Shown piece by piece: positions 46,701 to 64,000 of a stretch of 64,000 bases of DNA. Both the position numbers and the translations under genes were made by a program. Every line of letters starts with the position of its first letter. Position 1 is the stretch's first letter. This DNA is from the human T2T-CHM13v2.0 reference genome, Homo sapiens, in the NCBI RefSeq assembly GCF_009914755.1, contig NC_060928.1; one strand, 5' to 3'. The notes beneath the pieces are model-generated. The model searched no databases and had not been told where the DNA came from. It was given only the letters and a program-made list of their open reading frames with translations.

Positions 46701-49625
46701 GTTCTCTTGAAGGCAGAAAAAGGTTAGGTCTTGTTTTCTTTCCAGCTTGTCACTCTGCCTTTTAAGTAGGGTGTTTAGACCATTTACATTTAAGCTTAAT
46801 ATTGATATGTGAGGTTTTGATCCTGCTGTCGTGTTGTTAGCTGGTTGCTTTGAAGTCTTGATAGTGTAGTTACATTTTAGGGTCTGTGGGCTATGTACTT
46901 AAGTGTGTTTCTGTGGTAGTGAGTATTTTTCTTTCATTTCTATCTTTAAATCTCTCTTCGGTGTCACTGTAATGCTTGTATAGTGGTAATAGACTCTCTT
47001 ATTGCTTGCATGCCTGACAAATATTTTATTTCTCCTTTGCTTATGCAGCTTAGTTTGGCAGGATATGAAATTGTTGTTTGGGATGTTTTTTCTTTAAGGA
47101 TACTGGAAATGGACTCCTAATCTCTTCTGGCTTTTAAGGTTCAAGCCAAGGTGTCAACTGTTAGCCTAATATGTTTCCCTTTGAAAGTGATATGACCCTT
47201 TTGTTTAGCTTCAATTAACATTTTTTCTTGCACATTGACCTTCAAAAGTCTGATGACTATGTGTCTTGGGGATGTTCGTCTGATATAATATCTTGCAAAT
47301 ATTCTCTGAATTTCTTGAATTTGCATGCTATCCTCTCTAGAAAATATGTTTTCCAAGTGGCCTACTACTCTCTCCTCTTCTCTCTCAGGAATGCCAATGA
47401 ATCATAGATTTGGTCTCTCTGTACAATCACATATTTCTTGGAGGCTTTGTTCATTTTTTAAAATTATTATTTTTATGTTCATCTAACTGTACTGATTCAA
47501 AGAACTGGTCTTTGAGTTCTTAAATTCTTTCCTCAGCTTGGTCTATTCTGTTGCTAAGACTTCCAAATATATTTTGAAATTTCTGTAGTGAATTTTTCAA
47601 TTCCAGAATTTCAGTGGGTTCCTTCTTAATATGGTGATATTGGCTTTCCAGTCTGGATTCATTTTTTGGCTTTCTTTCGATTTCAGCGTTTGGATTTCAA
47701 CATTCTCTTGAATCTTGTTGATCTTCTTTGTCACCCTGATTCTGAATTTTATGTCTGTCATTTCAGACATTTCAATCTGGTTAGGATCCACCAGGGAGCT
47801 AATGCAATTTTTGCAGGTAAGGAATCACTCAGGCTTTTTGAACTGTTGGCGTTTTTGTGCTGATTCTTTCTCATCTGAGGGTGCCAGTGTTTCTTTGTTT
47901 CTTTCTTTATCTTCTTCTTCTTTTTTTTTTTGAAATTGCTGTTGTTTGTAGAGGGCTTTTGTTTTTATATTCTTTTTTTCCCTTGAGATTTTCATTGTGG
48001 TGTATGTTGTTTATAGTCAATTGGCTTTATTTCTTCGAGCTTTCAGAGGGCCAAGGCTCTGTATGGGTTTTTTACGTTGATAGTTTCCTTCATGGGCTTT
48101 CACAGGTGTTGTAGGTGAAGGAATTTATTTTTGTTTGGTGGTGTAGTTTAGACTGTGACTTAGTAAATGGCACTTAAGAGTAAGGGTAGGCTCTTAGCTG
48201 CGTGCCTGTTTTGCATTTCAGTGTGTATGCAGCAATGCTCTGGGAAAGGGAGACAGAGGGCAGGAGAGGACTCCTTCACCAAGTCTGTTCCTGGGCCTTG
48301 GTGGAGCCCCTTTCAATTACTGGCACTGTGCTTATGTTTCCTTAGCCTCAAGGCAGGCTTTGGCAGGCTGTGCTTTTCTCTCCATTAAGAACAGTTCAAG
48401 ATGAAAGTCAGGTAACCAGGAGACCCATAATTCCCCAGGGTTCCACTGGTCCTTTGAGCTTGGCAGAATCAGTGAGTTTTGGGATATGTCTGCAGTTGGT
48501 CTGGTGATGCGGTAGGTCAAGAGTGAGGGAACGCCAGGCAGGGCGGTGGTTTCATGGGTGTGCAACTGGTGTGGCACTAACAGCCTGGTATTTTTAGCCC
48601 AGTTGACAGCTGTGGGGCTTGCCCAGCTCATTCTCCCCCAATCCAGTGAGTCTCTCCAGCACCTGCCCCAGGAGCAGGCCCAGCCAGCTACGTTTTTCCA
48701 CAGACTTCTCTTGCCAGATGGCTGTGCTCTTCCAGGTGTTCAGAGCCATGGGGCTGTCTGGGTAAAAAGCTGTTGCTGGCTAACACGCATACCCTCCTGC
48801 ACCAGTCTTTCAGAGGGAGAGATTCCCCGCTCCCATGCCAGCACATGAACCCACTCCACATTCTTCTCAGTTTTCTGATAGTGGGGGCTCCTCCTCCAAT
48901 AGAGATCAGCTCAATACTCTTAGGCAGTGTGCTTGAATTCCCTCGGGGTTGGAGCCAGGTCTACAGTTTTATTTTCTGGCCCCTTAGGGTGGAGCACCAG
49001 CTGTGCTGGGAGTGATGGGGGCGGGCTCTCTCCTGCTCCCAGGCAGCCAGCAAAACTCTATTTTAATTGTTCACCAAAAATTCAAATGAAAATTAGGTAA
49101 TGTACCATGAAATAGTTAAATATATTCATGATAAAAATGTACTGTCTGTTAGGAGAGAAAAAATGATACACTTAAAACACTGAAAACATTAATTGAAGGA
49201 ATATTTTAAGATTTTACAGCTACAGTAACTGCCTAGGCAGGAAATTCTCACATACAACTTCTTCATTTCTTAAGATGTAATGTTTTTAATATGCTCTATA
49301 TATTTCTTTAGTAGATATAGATTTTATTTAAGAATACAAACAAAAATGTATCTACCTAGAATTCAAGATTATTTTATTTGCTTGATTTTACCATAGATAG
49401 GTTGACTAGAGTAGTAACATGGAATAGAGAATCAAAACGGTTCCTATAGTGTCTTTCATAATTTAAGAAAATTTATGATAATGCAATATATGTAGTGCAA
49501 AACCTTTATCATAGCAACCCTTAAAGATAATTTTTACATTAGTGATGGGACATTGCATCTTACAATGCGGTCTAATCCATTTTTATATACCTTTAATTGT
49601 TCTAAATTACTCTCTTCAATTGAGA

Positions 49626-49740
49626 CTCATTTATTCATTGAACAAAAGTTCATTGAGCTCTTAAGATATACCACGCAGAGTTTTCGAAGCTGGAACTCTA
49701 TTAATGAGACAAACGGACTTGATTCTTGTGGGAATAGATT
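49626..49740 (-). mobile_element. L2 3' end fragment
   Basis: tcatttattcattgaacaaaagttcattgagctctta. Confidence 0.5.
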
Positions 49741-50046
49741 AAAAAAATAAAATAAATTCCCTCCTTCATTTAATTAGTATTTCTTGAAAGCTTACTAAGT
49801 ACCAGACATTCTTATTTATTTATTTATTTATTTATTTTTATTATTATACTTTAAGTTCCAGGGTTCATGTGCACAACGTGCAGGTTTGTTACATATGTAT
49901 ACATATGCCATGTTGGTGTGCTGCACCCATTAACTCATCATTTACATTAGGTATATCTCCTGATGCTATCCATCCCCCATCCCACCACCCCATGACAGGC
50001 CCCGGTGTGTGATGTTCCGCATCCTGTGTCCAAATGTTCTCATTGT

Positions 50047-53907
<3,861 letters not shown>

Positions 53908-53970
53908 TACAATGTCAGCTGGTCATTTTGCTCATTAGTTGATGCAGTTTCTTCCTAGCATCAATGGTCT

Positions 53971-54978
53971 TCACAATTTGGCATGTTTTTGCAGTGGCTG
54001 GTACCAGTTGTTCCTTTCCATGTTTAGTGCTTCCTTCAGGAGCTCCTGTAAGGCAGGCCTTGTAGTGACAAAATCTCTCAGCATTTGCTTGTCTGTAAAG
54101 GATTTTGTTTCTCCTTCCCTTATGAAGCTTAGTTTGGCTGGTTATGAAATTCTGAGTTGAAGATTCTTTTCTTTAAGAATGTTGAATATTAGCCCCCACT
54201 CTCTTCTGGCTTGTAGAGTTTCTGCCGAGGGATCCGCTGTTAGGCTTCCCTATTTGGGTAACCCATCCTTTCTCTCTCATTGCCCTCAACATTTTTTCCT
54301 TCATTTCTACTTTGGTGAATCTAACAATTATGTGTCTTGGAGTTGCTCTTCTCAAGGAGTATCTTTGTGGCGTTCTCTGTATTTCCTGAATTTGAATGTT
54401 GGCCTGCTTGCTAATTTGGGGAAGTTCTCCTGGATAATATCCCGCAGAGTGTTTTCCAACTTGGTTCCATTCTCCCCATCACTTTCAGATATACCAATCA
54501 GATGTAGATTTAGTCTTTTCACATAGTCCCATATTTCTTAGAGGCTTTGTTCATTTCTTGTTACTGTTTTTTCTCTAAACCTCTCTTCTCACTTCATTTC
54601 ATTCATTTGATCTTCAATTACTGGTACCCTTTCTTCCACTTGATCGAATCAGCTCTTGAAGCTTGTGCATGCATCACGTAGTTCTCATGCCATGGTTTTC
54701 AGCTCCATCAGGTCATTTAAGGTCTTCTCTACGCTGTTTATTCTAGTTAGCCATCGTCTAATCTTTTTTCAATGTTTTTAGCTTCTTTGCAATGGGTTCA
54801 GACATCTTCCTTTAGCTTAGAGAAGTTTGTTATTACCGATCTTCTGAAGCCTTCTTCTCTCAACTTGTCAAAGTCATTCTCCATCCAGCTTTGTCCTGTT
54901 GCTGGCAAGGAGCTGCATTCCTTTGAAGGCACTCTGATTTTTAGAGTTTTCAGCTTTTTTGCTCTGGTTTCTCCCCAT
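53971..54978 (-). pseudogene. Disrupted L1 ORF1
   Basis: ATG at 54978 (MGRNQS); fragment RRATPRHIIVRFTKVEMKEKMLRA; frameshifted. Confidence 0.9.
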
Positions 54979-55554
54979 CTTTGTGGTTTTATCTACCATT
55001 GGTCTTTGATGATTGTGACATACCGATGGTGTTTTGGTGTGGATGTCCTTTCTGTTTGTTGATTTTCCTTCTAACAGTGAAGACCGTCAGCTGCAGGTCT
55101 GTTGGAGTTTGCTGGAGGTCCACTCCAGACCCTGTTTGCCTGGGTATCACCAGCGGAGGCTGCAGAACTGCAAATATTACAGAACGGCATATATTGCTGC
55201 CTGATGCTTCCTCTGGAAGCTTTGTCTCAGAGGGGCCCCCGGCTGTATGAGGTGTCAGTCGGCCCCTACTGGGAGGTGCCTCCCAGTTAGGCTACTCATG
55301 GGTCAGGGACCCACTTGAGGAGGCAGTCTGTCCGTCCTCAGATCTCAAACTCTGTGCTGGGAGAACCACTACTCTCTTCAAAGCTGTCAGACTGGGACAT
55401 TTAAGTCTGCAGAAGTTTCTGCTACCTTTTGTTCAGCTATGCCCTGCCCCCAGAGGTGGAGTCTACAGAGGCAGGCAGGCCTCCTTGAGCTGTGGTGGGC
55501 TCCACCCAGTTGAAGCTTCCCTGGCTGCTTTGTTTACCTACTCAAGCCTCAGGT

Positions 55555-55737
55555 ATGGCAAACGCCCCTCCCCCAGCCTTGCTGCCACCTTGCAGTTTGA
55601 TCTCAGACTGCTGTGCTAGCAGTGAGCAAGGCTCCATGGGTGTGGGACCCTCTGAGCCAGGCACGGGATATAATCTCCTGGTATGCCATTTGCTAAGACC
55701 GTGGGAAAAGTGCAGTATTACTGTGGGAGTGACCTGA
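55555..55737 (+). other. L1 antisense ORF0 homologue, 60 aa, prematurely terminated
   Basis: MANAPPPALLPPCSLISDCCASS...VGVT* resembles primate ORF0 (MAGAPPPASLPPCSLISDCCAS...). Confidence 0.8.
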
Positions 55738-56134
55738 ATTTCCTGGTGCCATTTGTTACGGCTTCCCTTGGTTTGGAAAGGGAATTCCCTGACCACTTGC
55801 GCTTCCTGGGTGAGGCAATGCCAATGTGTTGCCCTGCTCCTGCTCCTGGTCCTTGGGTTGCACCCACTGTCCTGCACCCACTGTCCAACAAGCTCCAGTG
55901 AGATGAACCTGGTACCTCAGTTGAAAATGCAGGAATCACCCATCTTCTGCATCACTCACACTGGGAGCTGTAGACTGGAGCTCTTCCTATTTGGCCATCT
56001 TGGAACCTTTTTCCCAGACATTCTTTTTAAAATGATAGAAAGAAGTAAACCAGTAACTATGCATATGAGATGAATACTGGATAATGATAAGAGCTTTACA
56101 GAAAATTAAAATTGGGTCATTTAAAAATATTGAT

Positions 56135-56345
56135 GCCTGATTTTATGTTACTCTATATCAGGCGCAGTTTTAAGTGCTCATTTAATCTTTTGAACTGCTA
56201 CATGTACTATATTAAGGCAATCTCCCATTTACAGATGAGGAAGTAGGGGCACAGAGAAGGATGCCACCTTTCTAAAATCACATAGCTATTAAGTAGAAAA
56301 GGCAGAATTCAATCTCAAGCAATTTTCTTCCAAGGCCAATGTTTA
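56135..56345 (-). mobile_element. MIR
   Basis: cccattttacagatgaggaagtaggggcacagaga...atcacatagctattaagt. Confidence 0.8.
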
Positions 56346-56481
56346 TTATTAAAGTAACATAGGCTTTTCTGGCCTTAAAAAAAAAAAATCCTAAAACCTA
56401 GAGGCTTAAAAGAATATCCCATAATTCTTTGGGCTTGTCATAATGATTTTGAGATGCCTATTAGGTATCTATTTGGAAACG

Positions 56482-56822
56482 TGATATGGTTTGGCTCTGT
56501 GTCTCCAACCAAATCTCACCTTGAATTGTAATAATCCCCACGTTTCATGGGAGGGACCTGCTAGGAGGTAATTGAATTATAGGGGTAGATTTTGCCCATG
56601 CTGTTCTTGTGATACTGAATGGTTTTATAAGGGGGAGTTCCCCTGCATATGCCCTCTTCCCTGCTGCCATGTAAGATGGCTTTTTGCTGTTTCTTCATCT
56701 TCCTCCATGATTGTGAGCCCTCCCCAGCCATGTGGAACTGTGAGTCCATTAAACCTCTTTCCTTTATAAATTACCCAGTGTTGAGTATGTCTTTATTAGC
56801 AGCATGAGAACGGACTAATACA
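56482..56822 (+). mobile_element. THE1C-like solo LTR inserted in a minus-strand L2 fragment (about 56440-56915)
   Basis: tgatatggtttggctctgtgtc...gagaacggactaataca; L2-like flanks gagatgcctattaggtatc / aatttgggagtcat. Confidence 0.92.
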
Positions 56823-57329
56823 AGATATCAAGAAGAACTTTGGAAATAGGAGCCTGTAGCTCTATTGAGATGTCAGAAATAAAATACAATTTGGGAGTCA
56901 TGAACAAGTAGAGAGGGTCAACTTTCCATATCATTTTCATCTAATGATTCTAATTTTGTCTTATGAATGATATAGAATGAATTACTTCTCTCTTTTACTT
57001 GCTATATCTTCACATATTTGAAAATACATGGTTAATTATATCTCCCTTTATTCTATTAATCTCTTGCAGAAACTATCAAAAAAATTGTAAGATAGAAAAG
57101 ATAACAGGATATTGAAGGGGATGGAGAAACAGTAAAAATTAATGTAACATCGATATATACAGTTTAGAATGGTTGACAGTTTTCCATTAAAGGGATTCAA
57201 GAACAAGACCATATTTGGTTAGAATCATAGAAACTTGTGTTTTATCACATCCTTAAAAACTGAACACTGATATTAAGAAATACTAAGTATTTTAATATAA
57301 TTTACATTATTATTATTTTAACTGTGGCA

Positions 57330-57570
57330 AGAAAAGTGTTATTAAGACCCTATGTTTTAGAAATAATGCTGAGATATTCATGGATGAGTGAATGTAATAT
57401 CTGAGACTTGCTTCAAAATAGAGGGGGTAGATACTTGGGGACATAAGTATATAATATTGTTTATGTTGATAATATATGATATTGATAATTGTTGAAGGGA
57501 GGTGATGGCCAAATAGGGGTTCATTATATCTACTATTGTATGTACTTGAAGTATCCCATTACAATAATTA
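57330..57570 (+). mobile_element. L1M (MC/ME) 3' end fragment
   Basis: atctgagacttgcttcaaaata...ttgataattgttgaag...ggggttcattata. Confidence 0.65.
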
Positions 57571-57854
57571 GAGTATATTACAGATAAAACACTAACAAAT
57601 AATAAATGAAATAATCCTTGGACTTTACCTAGTGTGGTCAACCATTAGATGCTTATTTCTACTCCACAAAATCACTATTACACCATCATTTGCTCTGTCC
57701 TTCACTTTAATAATGAAAAACTCCCTACTTTTAAAAAAATTTTACAACTGTTCTGATCCTTAGAAATTTACTTTTTATGTTGTCATAAATGTTGTCTCCC
57801 CAGAATTTCTCATATTTATTCTCCTTGTTTTTCAAATAACTTTTAGGGTCATCA

Positions 57855-57932
57855 AAAGAATTAAATTATTAGAATTAAATTATTAAATTAAAAATTAAAA
57901 TTATTAAGTTAAAAGAATTAAATTTTAATTTA
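57855..57932. repeat. AT-rich degenerate (AATTAAATTATT-like) tandem repeat
   Basis: agaattaaattattagaattaaattattaaattaaaaattaaaattatt. Confidence 0.75.
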
Positions 57933-59957
57933 AGAAAAGCTTTAAAATATTCAAAAATTTTGAGCAATGATGAGGGTCCAACTGAGATGACTAACCATAA
58001 ATAAAAGCTGTAAAACAGGAACTTCTTCATCTTTCTGAAATCAAATCCGTAAATCTTTCTTCATTTGCATGTTTTCTGTCTTCTCTCCTTTTAAATGCCA
58101 GACACCTTCCTTCTCTTGTCACAACAGTTTCTTCACTTATGCCCTAGATTTCATTTGCTGCCACCTTTTCTGGGATGTATTTTGGGTTATTATTCCTTTT
58201 CCTGCATTTTCACCTTATTCCTGCTAATAATTTCTTCTCATTGGGACATACTCTTATAGCAGTGATACTTACAAAAAAAGAAATCCTTGCATCTCTATAT
58301 TTTCTTCCATGTACGACGTTACTGATGGTCAATTTACTCTTCAATCTCATTGATCTGGCTTCAGTTTCAATTGTTTATTGTAGTGGATTCTTTCAAGGAC
58401 ATTTAATCTGTGCTAGAGTCTTGTGCAGTTAACCTAACACTAGCTCAGATCTCTCTATAATTATTGTATAATTTGCCCTCTAGAAAAATAAACTACTCTA
58501 GATAGAATGATCCTAAATTCATCTGTTTGTGTTGATGTCTTTCAGCAGCCAAAACTTATGTTGTTGTTATTCGAAATCAGACTTATTTACCAGAACTTAA
58601 ATACTAATAGTCATTTTAAGAAAATTTTGAGAAAGTGCTTAATACTGTAAGTTGAAATTAAGAAGTAACAACATAGGAGGAAAAGTAACAAGAAGAGGAA
58701 AATGGTTTTATTCTTCTTTTCAGATGAGTAAGACAGCCTTATAAGGCATTTCTCTTTATCTAATTATTTTGTTATTAGAGTCACAATTTTTCCAATAGTA
58801 TCTTTCTTTTATTTTCTCTTAGGATTTAAATGTGTTATTTGATATATAATGATACTTTCTTTTTGTACTTTGATATTCAATGTGCGGAAATCTTAAACTG
58901 TCTGAACATCAAATACAATGTGATTCAACAAGTGATAGTATGCTTCATGTATATTTATATCTCCATCTATATGGTAATGCCAGGGACAGCACTTAGAGTA
59001 CCTGTTCCTACTTGGCTGGATCTTGTCTTTCCAGAATTTGTAAGTTTTATTGCAAATGAAATGTCAAACCTGATGCCCTAAGTACAGCAGCGAATCTGGG
59101 AACCCTATCCCCCTGGCATATTAATGTTCTCCTTTACAGGTAGCATAATAAATGGCCAAACATCTTTTTGATTGTCCATGCTCCTTTTTCAAAGTCTTCT
59201 TATGTTTAGTAGAGAATAGGCAAAGGAGATCTCCTAAAGTTGTTAAATCATTTCTTCAGGCAATAAGAGGGTCTTATTCTTCATTTCTACATGGATTTGT
59301 ACTAAATTACAGAGTAGGGGTTGAAAGCAGTATATTCTACTTCTCAGAAAGCCAAATTTGGTAAAACAAAATGTTGATTCTGATACTTATATCTAATGAG
59401 CCTACTGTCTTTGTGATTTGAAAGGATTTGTGCTACATCAGATGAAGTTTCAGTGTTAGATTTCATGGCATCAGTATTGAATGCTTCTCACTCAAAGCAG
59501 GAAAAGAACAGTATTTTGCACTTTCAGATCACTTGAATATCTCTCAGTTAGTATTAAATATGCTATTTGAAGGTTAAAATATACCAATAGCACTATTTTA
59601 TGCTTTCTTTTTGCCTAATCATATAAATGTTTTTACTTCATGAGGGTTATTCTTGTTGGCATGGAGTGCCCTGCAAGGCAGCATCCTTTTGAGGCTCAAG
59701 GGAAAAGGATTATAGCCCTGGAATCCTTCTCAGAAAAATCAGCAACTATTGTCTTCAAATGTATTCACTTTATCCCTATTCCAAAAATGTTTTCCCTCTT
59801 TTGTCATTAAAGGAAATTTTGCTCTACTATCATAAAATCATATACTATATCCTCTCTACTGTATGGCACATAGTATAATTTTGTGGTTAGTTTACAAAAA
59901 CTTTTCTACGATATTCAATGGGAAAATTGGGAAATTTAAAACATTTCTCTCTCCCTC

Positions 59958-59963
<6 letters not shown>

Positions 59964-59988
<25 letters not shown>
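59964..59988. repeat. (TG)12 microsatellite after a CT tract
   Basis: Read directly from the sequence. Confidence 0.95.
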
Positions 59989-60329
59989 CTCACTGGGATG
60001 GACACACAAACGTGCAGGCAAACGCACATGCACGCACACACACACGGCCTTGTAAGACTTTAGTTTTGTTCACTAAGGGTCTCAGTAAGTCTAGTTTGCA
60101 CCTCAAAGTGGAACAGTGACTTCCTTATTTCTGGCTCAATCAGGTGAATCACACAAAATAACAAATACCATTGAAACAATGAATTGGAGAGTCAGAAGAT
60201 AATTAGGACATAGGCATTACCAGAAGCGAATCCATATTGGCTTGCTATCTCAAAAACATCACTCCCTTTAAACATCTTACCAAAAGTACAGCTTTTAACT
60301 TTTCTTATTGCCTCCTTATTCTCTCACTC

Positions 60330-60745
60330 TAGGTCTTCCTGCAATTTAAGCTTTCTACAGTACAGCTCGGATCATATTTCTCCCCTCCTTAAGATTTCCA
60401 GTGATTTCCCATTGCTCATTAAATTAAGGACTTATCTGAATTTTAACATTTGAGATGTTACTAACATGCCCCTCACTATCTTTAATTTTGTCTTTTTCCC
60501 CACATGTTCTCCGGGCTTCAGCAACTTATAGTTTTCATACTTTGGATAATACTATTTCTTCTGATTAGAATGAGTCCTCTTATAACTCCGTCTGTCAAAA
60601 TCTCAACCATTGTTAATGCCTATATTAAATCAATGCCATGCTGAAAACTTTTGACCCCAGTAGATTGGAAACCATATTAATTATTTCATTCTGTGTTCCA
60701 TATTGACACTTGCCTTACTCTCCTATATTCTTGTCATAGTGTTTT
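60330..60745 (+). mobile_element. Decayed L2 fragment
   Basis: gatcatatttctcccctccttaagatttccagtgatttcccattgctc. Confidence 0.55.
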
Positions 60746-61243
60746 CCGATAAAAATATCTCCAAAAATTAGATAAATGCCAGTATTAAAAACAAGATGGC
60801 ATTATGTCTGTTAGTAGTATACATGTCCTTTTAAGATAAATTTGGAAACATAAATATTAATTATTAATATACATTAGGTATTATTGGATCACAGTTGAGA
60901 AGCATTTTTGTCCTTTAAGAGTGGAAGGATTCTTCCCATTAATATTATTTTCTAATTGGGAATAAATATTTTCCTTACATTCTTTAGTAGTTTGTCAGAA
61001 AGAATGTGCAGCAGATAATTATTTTTAAAAATTAGAATCAGTGAATACATTCAGAAATTTACTGTTGTGTGTGAATATAAACAGAATTTCAAATGCAACT
61101 GAGAAAATTTTTGATGAACAAAAACATAATTTTAAATATAACTCAAAATTTTTGAGGATACCTAATCAAATTCTAAGATATTTTTAATACCATGAATAAA
61201 TATATTATGAAATCATGATTTTTAGGCAATAACTAAAGCTAAC

Positions 61244-64000
61244 TTTTTTTTATTATACTTTAAGTTCTAGGGTACAAGTGCACAATGTGCAGGTTTGTTA
61301 CCTAGGTATACATGTGCCATGTTGGTTTGCTGCACCCATTAACTCATCATTTACATTACGTATTTCTCCTAATGCTATCCCTCCCCCTGCCCCCACCCCA
61401 TGACAGGCCCCCATGTGTGATGTTTCCACCCTGTGTCCAAGTGTTCTCATTGTTCAGTTCCCACCTATGAGTGAGAACATGTGGTGTTTGGTTTTCTGTC
61501 GTTGTGACAGTTTGCTCAGAATGATGGTTTCCAGCTTCATCCATGTCCCTACAAAGGACATGAACTCATCCATTTTCATGGCTGCATAGTATTCCATGAT
61601 GTATATGTGCCACATTTTCTTAATCCAGTCTGTAATTGATGGACATTTCAGTTGGTTCCAAGTTTTTGCTATTGTGAATAGTGCCACAGTAAACATACTT
61701 GTACATGTGTCTTTATAGTACCATGATTTATAATCCTTTGGGTATATACCAGGCAATGACATGGCTGGGTCAAATGGTATTTCTAGTTCTAGATCATTGA
61801 GGAATTGCCACACTGTCTTCTACAGTGGTTGAACTAGTTTACAGTCCCACCAACAGTGCAAAAGTGTTCCTATTTCTCCACATCCTCTCCAGCACCTGTT
61901 GTGTCCTGACTTTTTAATGATCTCCATTCTAACTGGTGTGAGATGGTATCTCATTGTGGTTTTGATTTGCATTTCTCTGATGACCAGTGATGATGAGCAT
62001 GTTTTCATATGTCGATTGGCTGCATAAATGCCTTCTTTTGAGAAGTGTCTGTACATATCCTTTGCCCACTTTTTGATGTTGTTGTTGTTGTTGTTTTTTT
62101 TTTTGTAAATTTGTTTAAGTTCTTTGTAGATTCTGGATATTAGCCCTTTGTCAGATGGGTAGATTGCCAAAATATTTTCCAATTCTGTAGGTTGCCTATT
62201 CACTCTGATGGTAGTTTCTTTTGCTGTGCAGGAGCCCTTTAGTTTAATTAAATCCCATTTATCTATTTTGGTTTCTGTTGCCATTGCTTTTGGTGTTTTA
62301 GTCATGAAGTTCTTTCCCATGCCTATGTCTTGAATGGTATTGCCTAGGTTTTCTTCTAGGGTTTTTATGATTTTAGGTTTAACATTTAACTCTTTAATCC
62401 ATCTTGAATTAATTTTAGTATAAGGTGTAAGGAAGGGATCCAGTTTCAGCTTTCCACATATGGCTAACCAGTTTTCCCAGCACCATTTATTAAATAGGGA
62501 ATCCTTTCCCCACTTCTTCTTTTTGTCAGATTTGTCAAAAATCAGATGGTACTAGATGTGTGGTGTTATTTCCAAGGCCTCTGTTTAGTTGCATTGGTCT
62601 ATATCTCTGTTTTGGTACTAGTACCCTGCTGTTTTGATTACTGTAGCCTTGTAGTATAGTTTGAAGTCAGGTAGGGTGATGCTTCCAGCTTTGTTCTTTT
62701 TGCTTAGGGTTGTCTTGGCAATGTGGGCTCTTTTTTGGTTCCATATGAACTTTAAAGTAGTTTTTTCCAATTCTGTGAGGAAAGTCATTGGTAGCTTGGT
62801 GGGGATGGCATTGAATCTATAAATTACCTTGGGCAGTATGGCCATTTTCATGATATTGATTCTTGCTGTACATGAGCATGGAATATTCTTCCATTTGTTT
62901 GTGTCCTCTTTTATTTCGTTGAGCAGTAGTTTGTAGTTCTCTTTGAAGAGGTCCTTCACATCCCTTGTAAGTTGGATTCCTAGGTATTTTATTTTCTTTG
63001 TAGCAATTGTGAAAGGGAGTTCACTCATGATTTGGCTCTCTGTTTGTCTGTTATTGGTATGTAGGAATGCGTGAGATTTTTGCACATTGATTTTCTATCC
63101 TGAGACATAATAAGCAACATGAAGCAATAAGACATAAGCAACATGAAGTTGCTTATCAGCTTAAGGAGATTTTGGGCTGAGATGATGGGGTTTTCTAAAT
63201 ACACAATCATGTCATCTGCAAACAGTGACAATTTGACTTCCTCTTTTGCTAATTGAATACCCTGTATTTTTTTCTTTTCCTGATTGCCCTGGCGAGAACT
63301 TCCAACACTATGTTGAATAGGAGTGGTGAGAGAGGCATCCTTGTCTGGTGCCAGATTTCAAAGGGAATGCTTGCAGTTTTTGCCCATTCAGTATGTTATT
63401 GGCTGTGGGTTTGTCATAAATATCTCTTATTTTGAGATACATTCCATCAATACCTAGTTTATTGAGAGTTTTTAGCATGAAGCACTGTTGAATTTTGTCA
63501 AAGGCCTTTTCTGCATCTACTGAGATAATCATGTGGTTTTTGTCTTTGGTTCTGTTTATGTGATGGATTATGTTTATTGATTTGCATATGTTGAAACAGC
63601 CTTGCATCCCAGGGATGAAGTCGACTTCATAGTGGTGGATAAGCTTTTAGATGTGCTGCCTGATTCGGTTTCCAGTATTTTATTGAGGATTTTTAGATTA
63701 ATGTTCATCAGGGATACTCATCTAAAATTCTCTTTTTTGGTTGTGGCTCTGTCAGGCTTTGGTATCAGGATGATGCTGGCCTCATAAAATGAGTTAGAGA
63801 GGAATCCCTCTTTTTCTATTGATTGGAATATTTTCAGAAGGAATGGTACCAGCTCCTCCTTGTACCTCTGGTAGAATTTGGCTGTGAATCCGTCTGGTCC
63901 CGGACTTTTTTTGGTTGCTAGGCTCTTAATTATTGCCTCAATTTCAGAGCCTGTTACTGGTCTATTCAGATATTCAACTTCTTCCTGGTTTAGTCTTGGG
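61244..64000 (-). mobile_element. L1PA6/7-like LINE-1 (3' part; runs off window end), ORF2 disrupted
   Basis: 3' UTR ttattatactttaagttctagggtac; ORF2 fragments including SLFADDM; (TTG)n expansion at about 62077-62095. Confidence 0.95.

Noticed and set aside
57855-57932. AT-rich repeat as a structured array
   Set aside because: Simple low-complexity slippage with no repeat-spacer organisation

Overview
Primate genomic DNA, probably hominine (an L1PA2-type insertion is present). The window is AT-rich and repeat-dense, and it looks intronic or intergenic. I find no host protein-coding exon, RNA gene, CpG island or CRISPR-like array; every recognisable protein in the ORF track is a LINE-1 remnant or an Alu/LTR artefact. 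It contains about 11 Alus, solo LTRs (MER4-group, MER11, MLT2, two THE1C-like, MLT1), a Tigger3/MER7 element and many MIR/L2/L1M fossils. An L1 cluster at 38-64 kb holds a young twin-primed L1PA2-like copy, an apparently full-length old L1PA16-like copy, a full-length L1PA6-like copy with TSDs and an ORF0 remnant, and a further L1PA6/7 cut by the window end. The most notable structures not explained by repeats are a 33-bp-arm near-perfect inverted repeat (23169-23272), local duplications about 1.3-1.6 kb apart, templated insertions inside L1s, a probable short 3' transduction and a CTCF-like site. I see no evidence for a new biological system. Subfamily names come from recalled consensus sequences, and the boundaries of old repeats are approximate.
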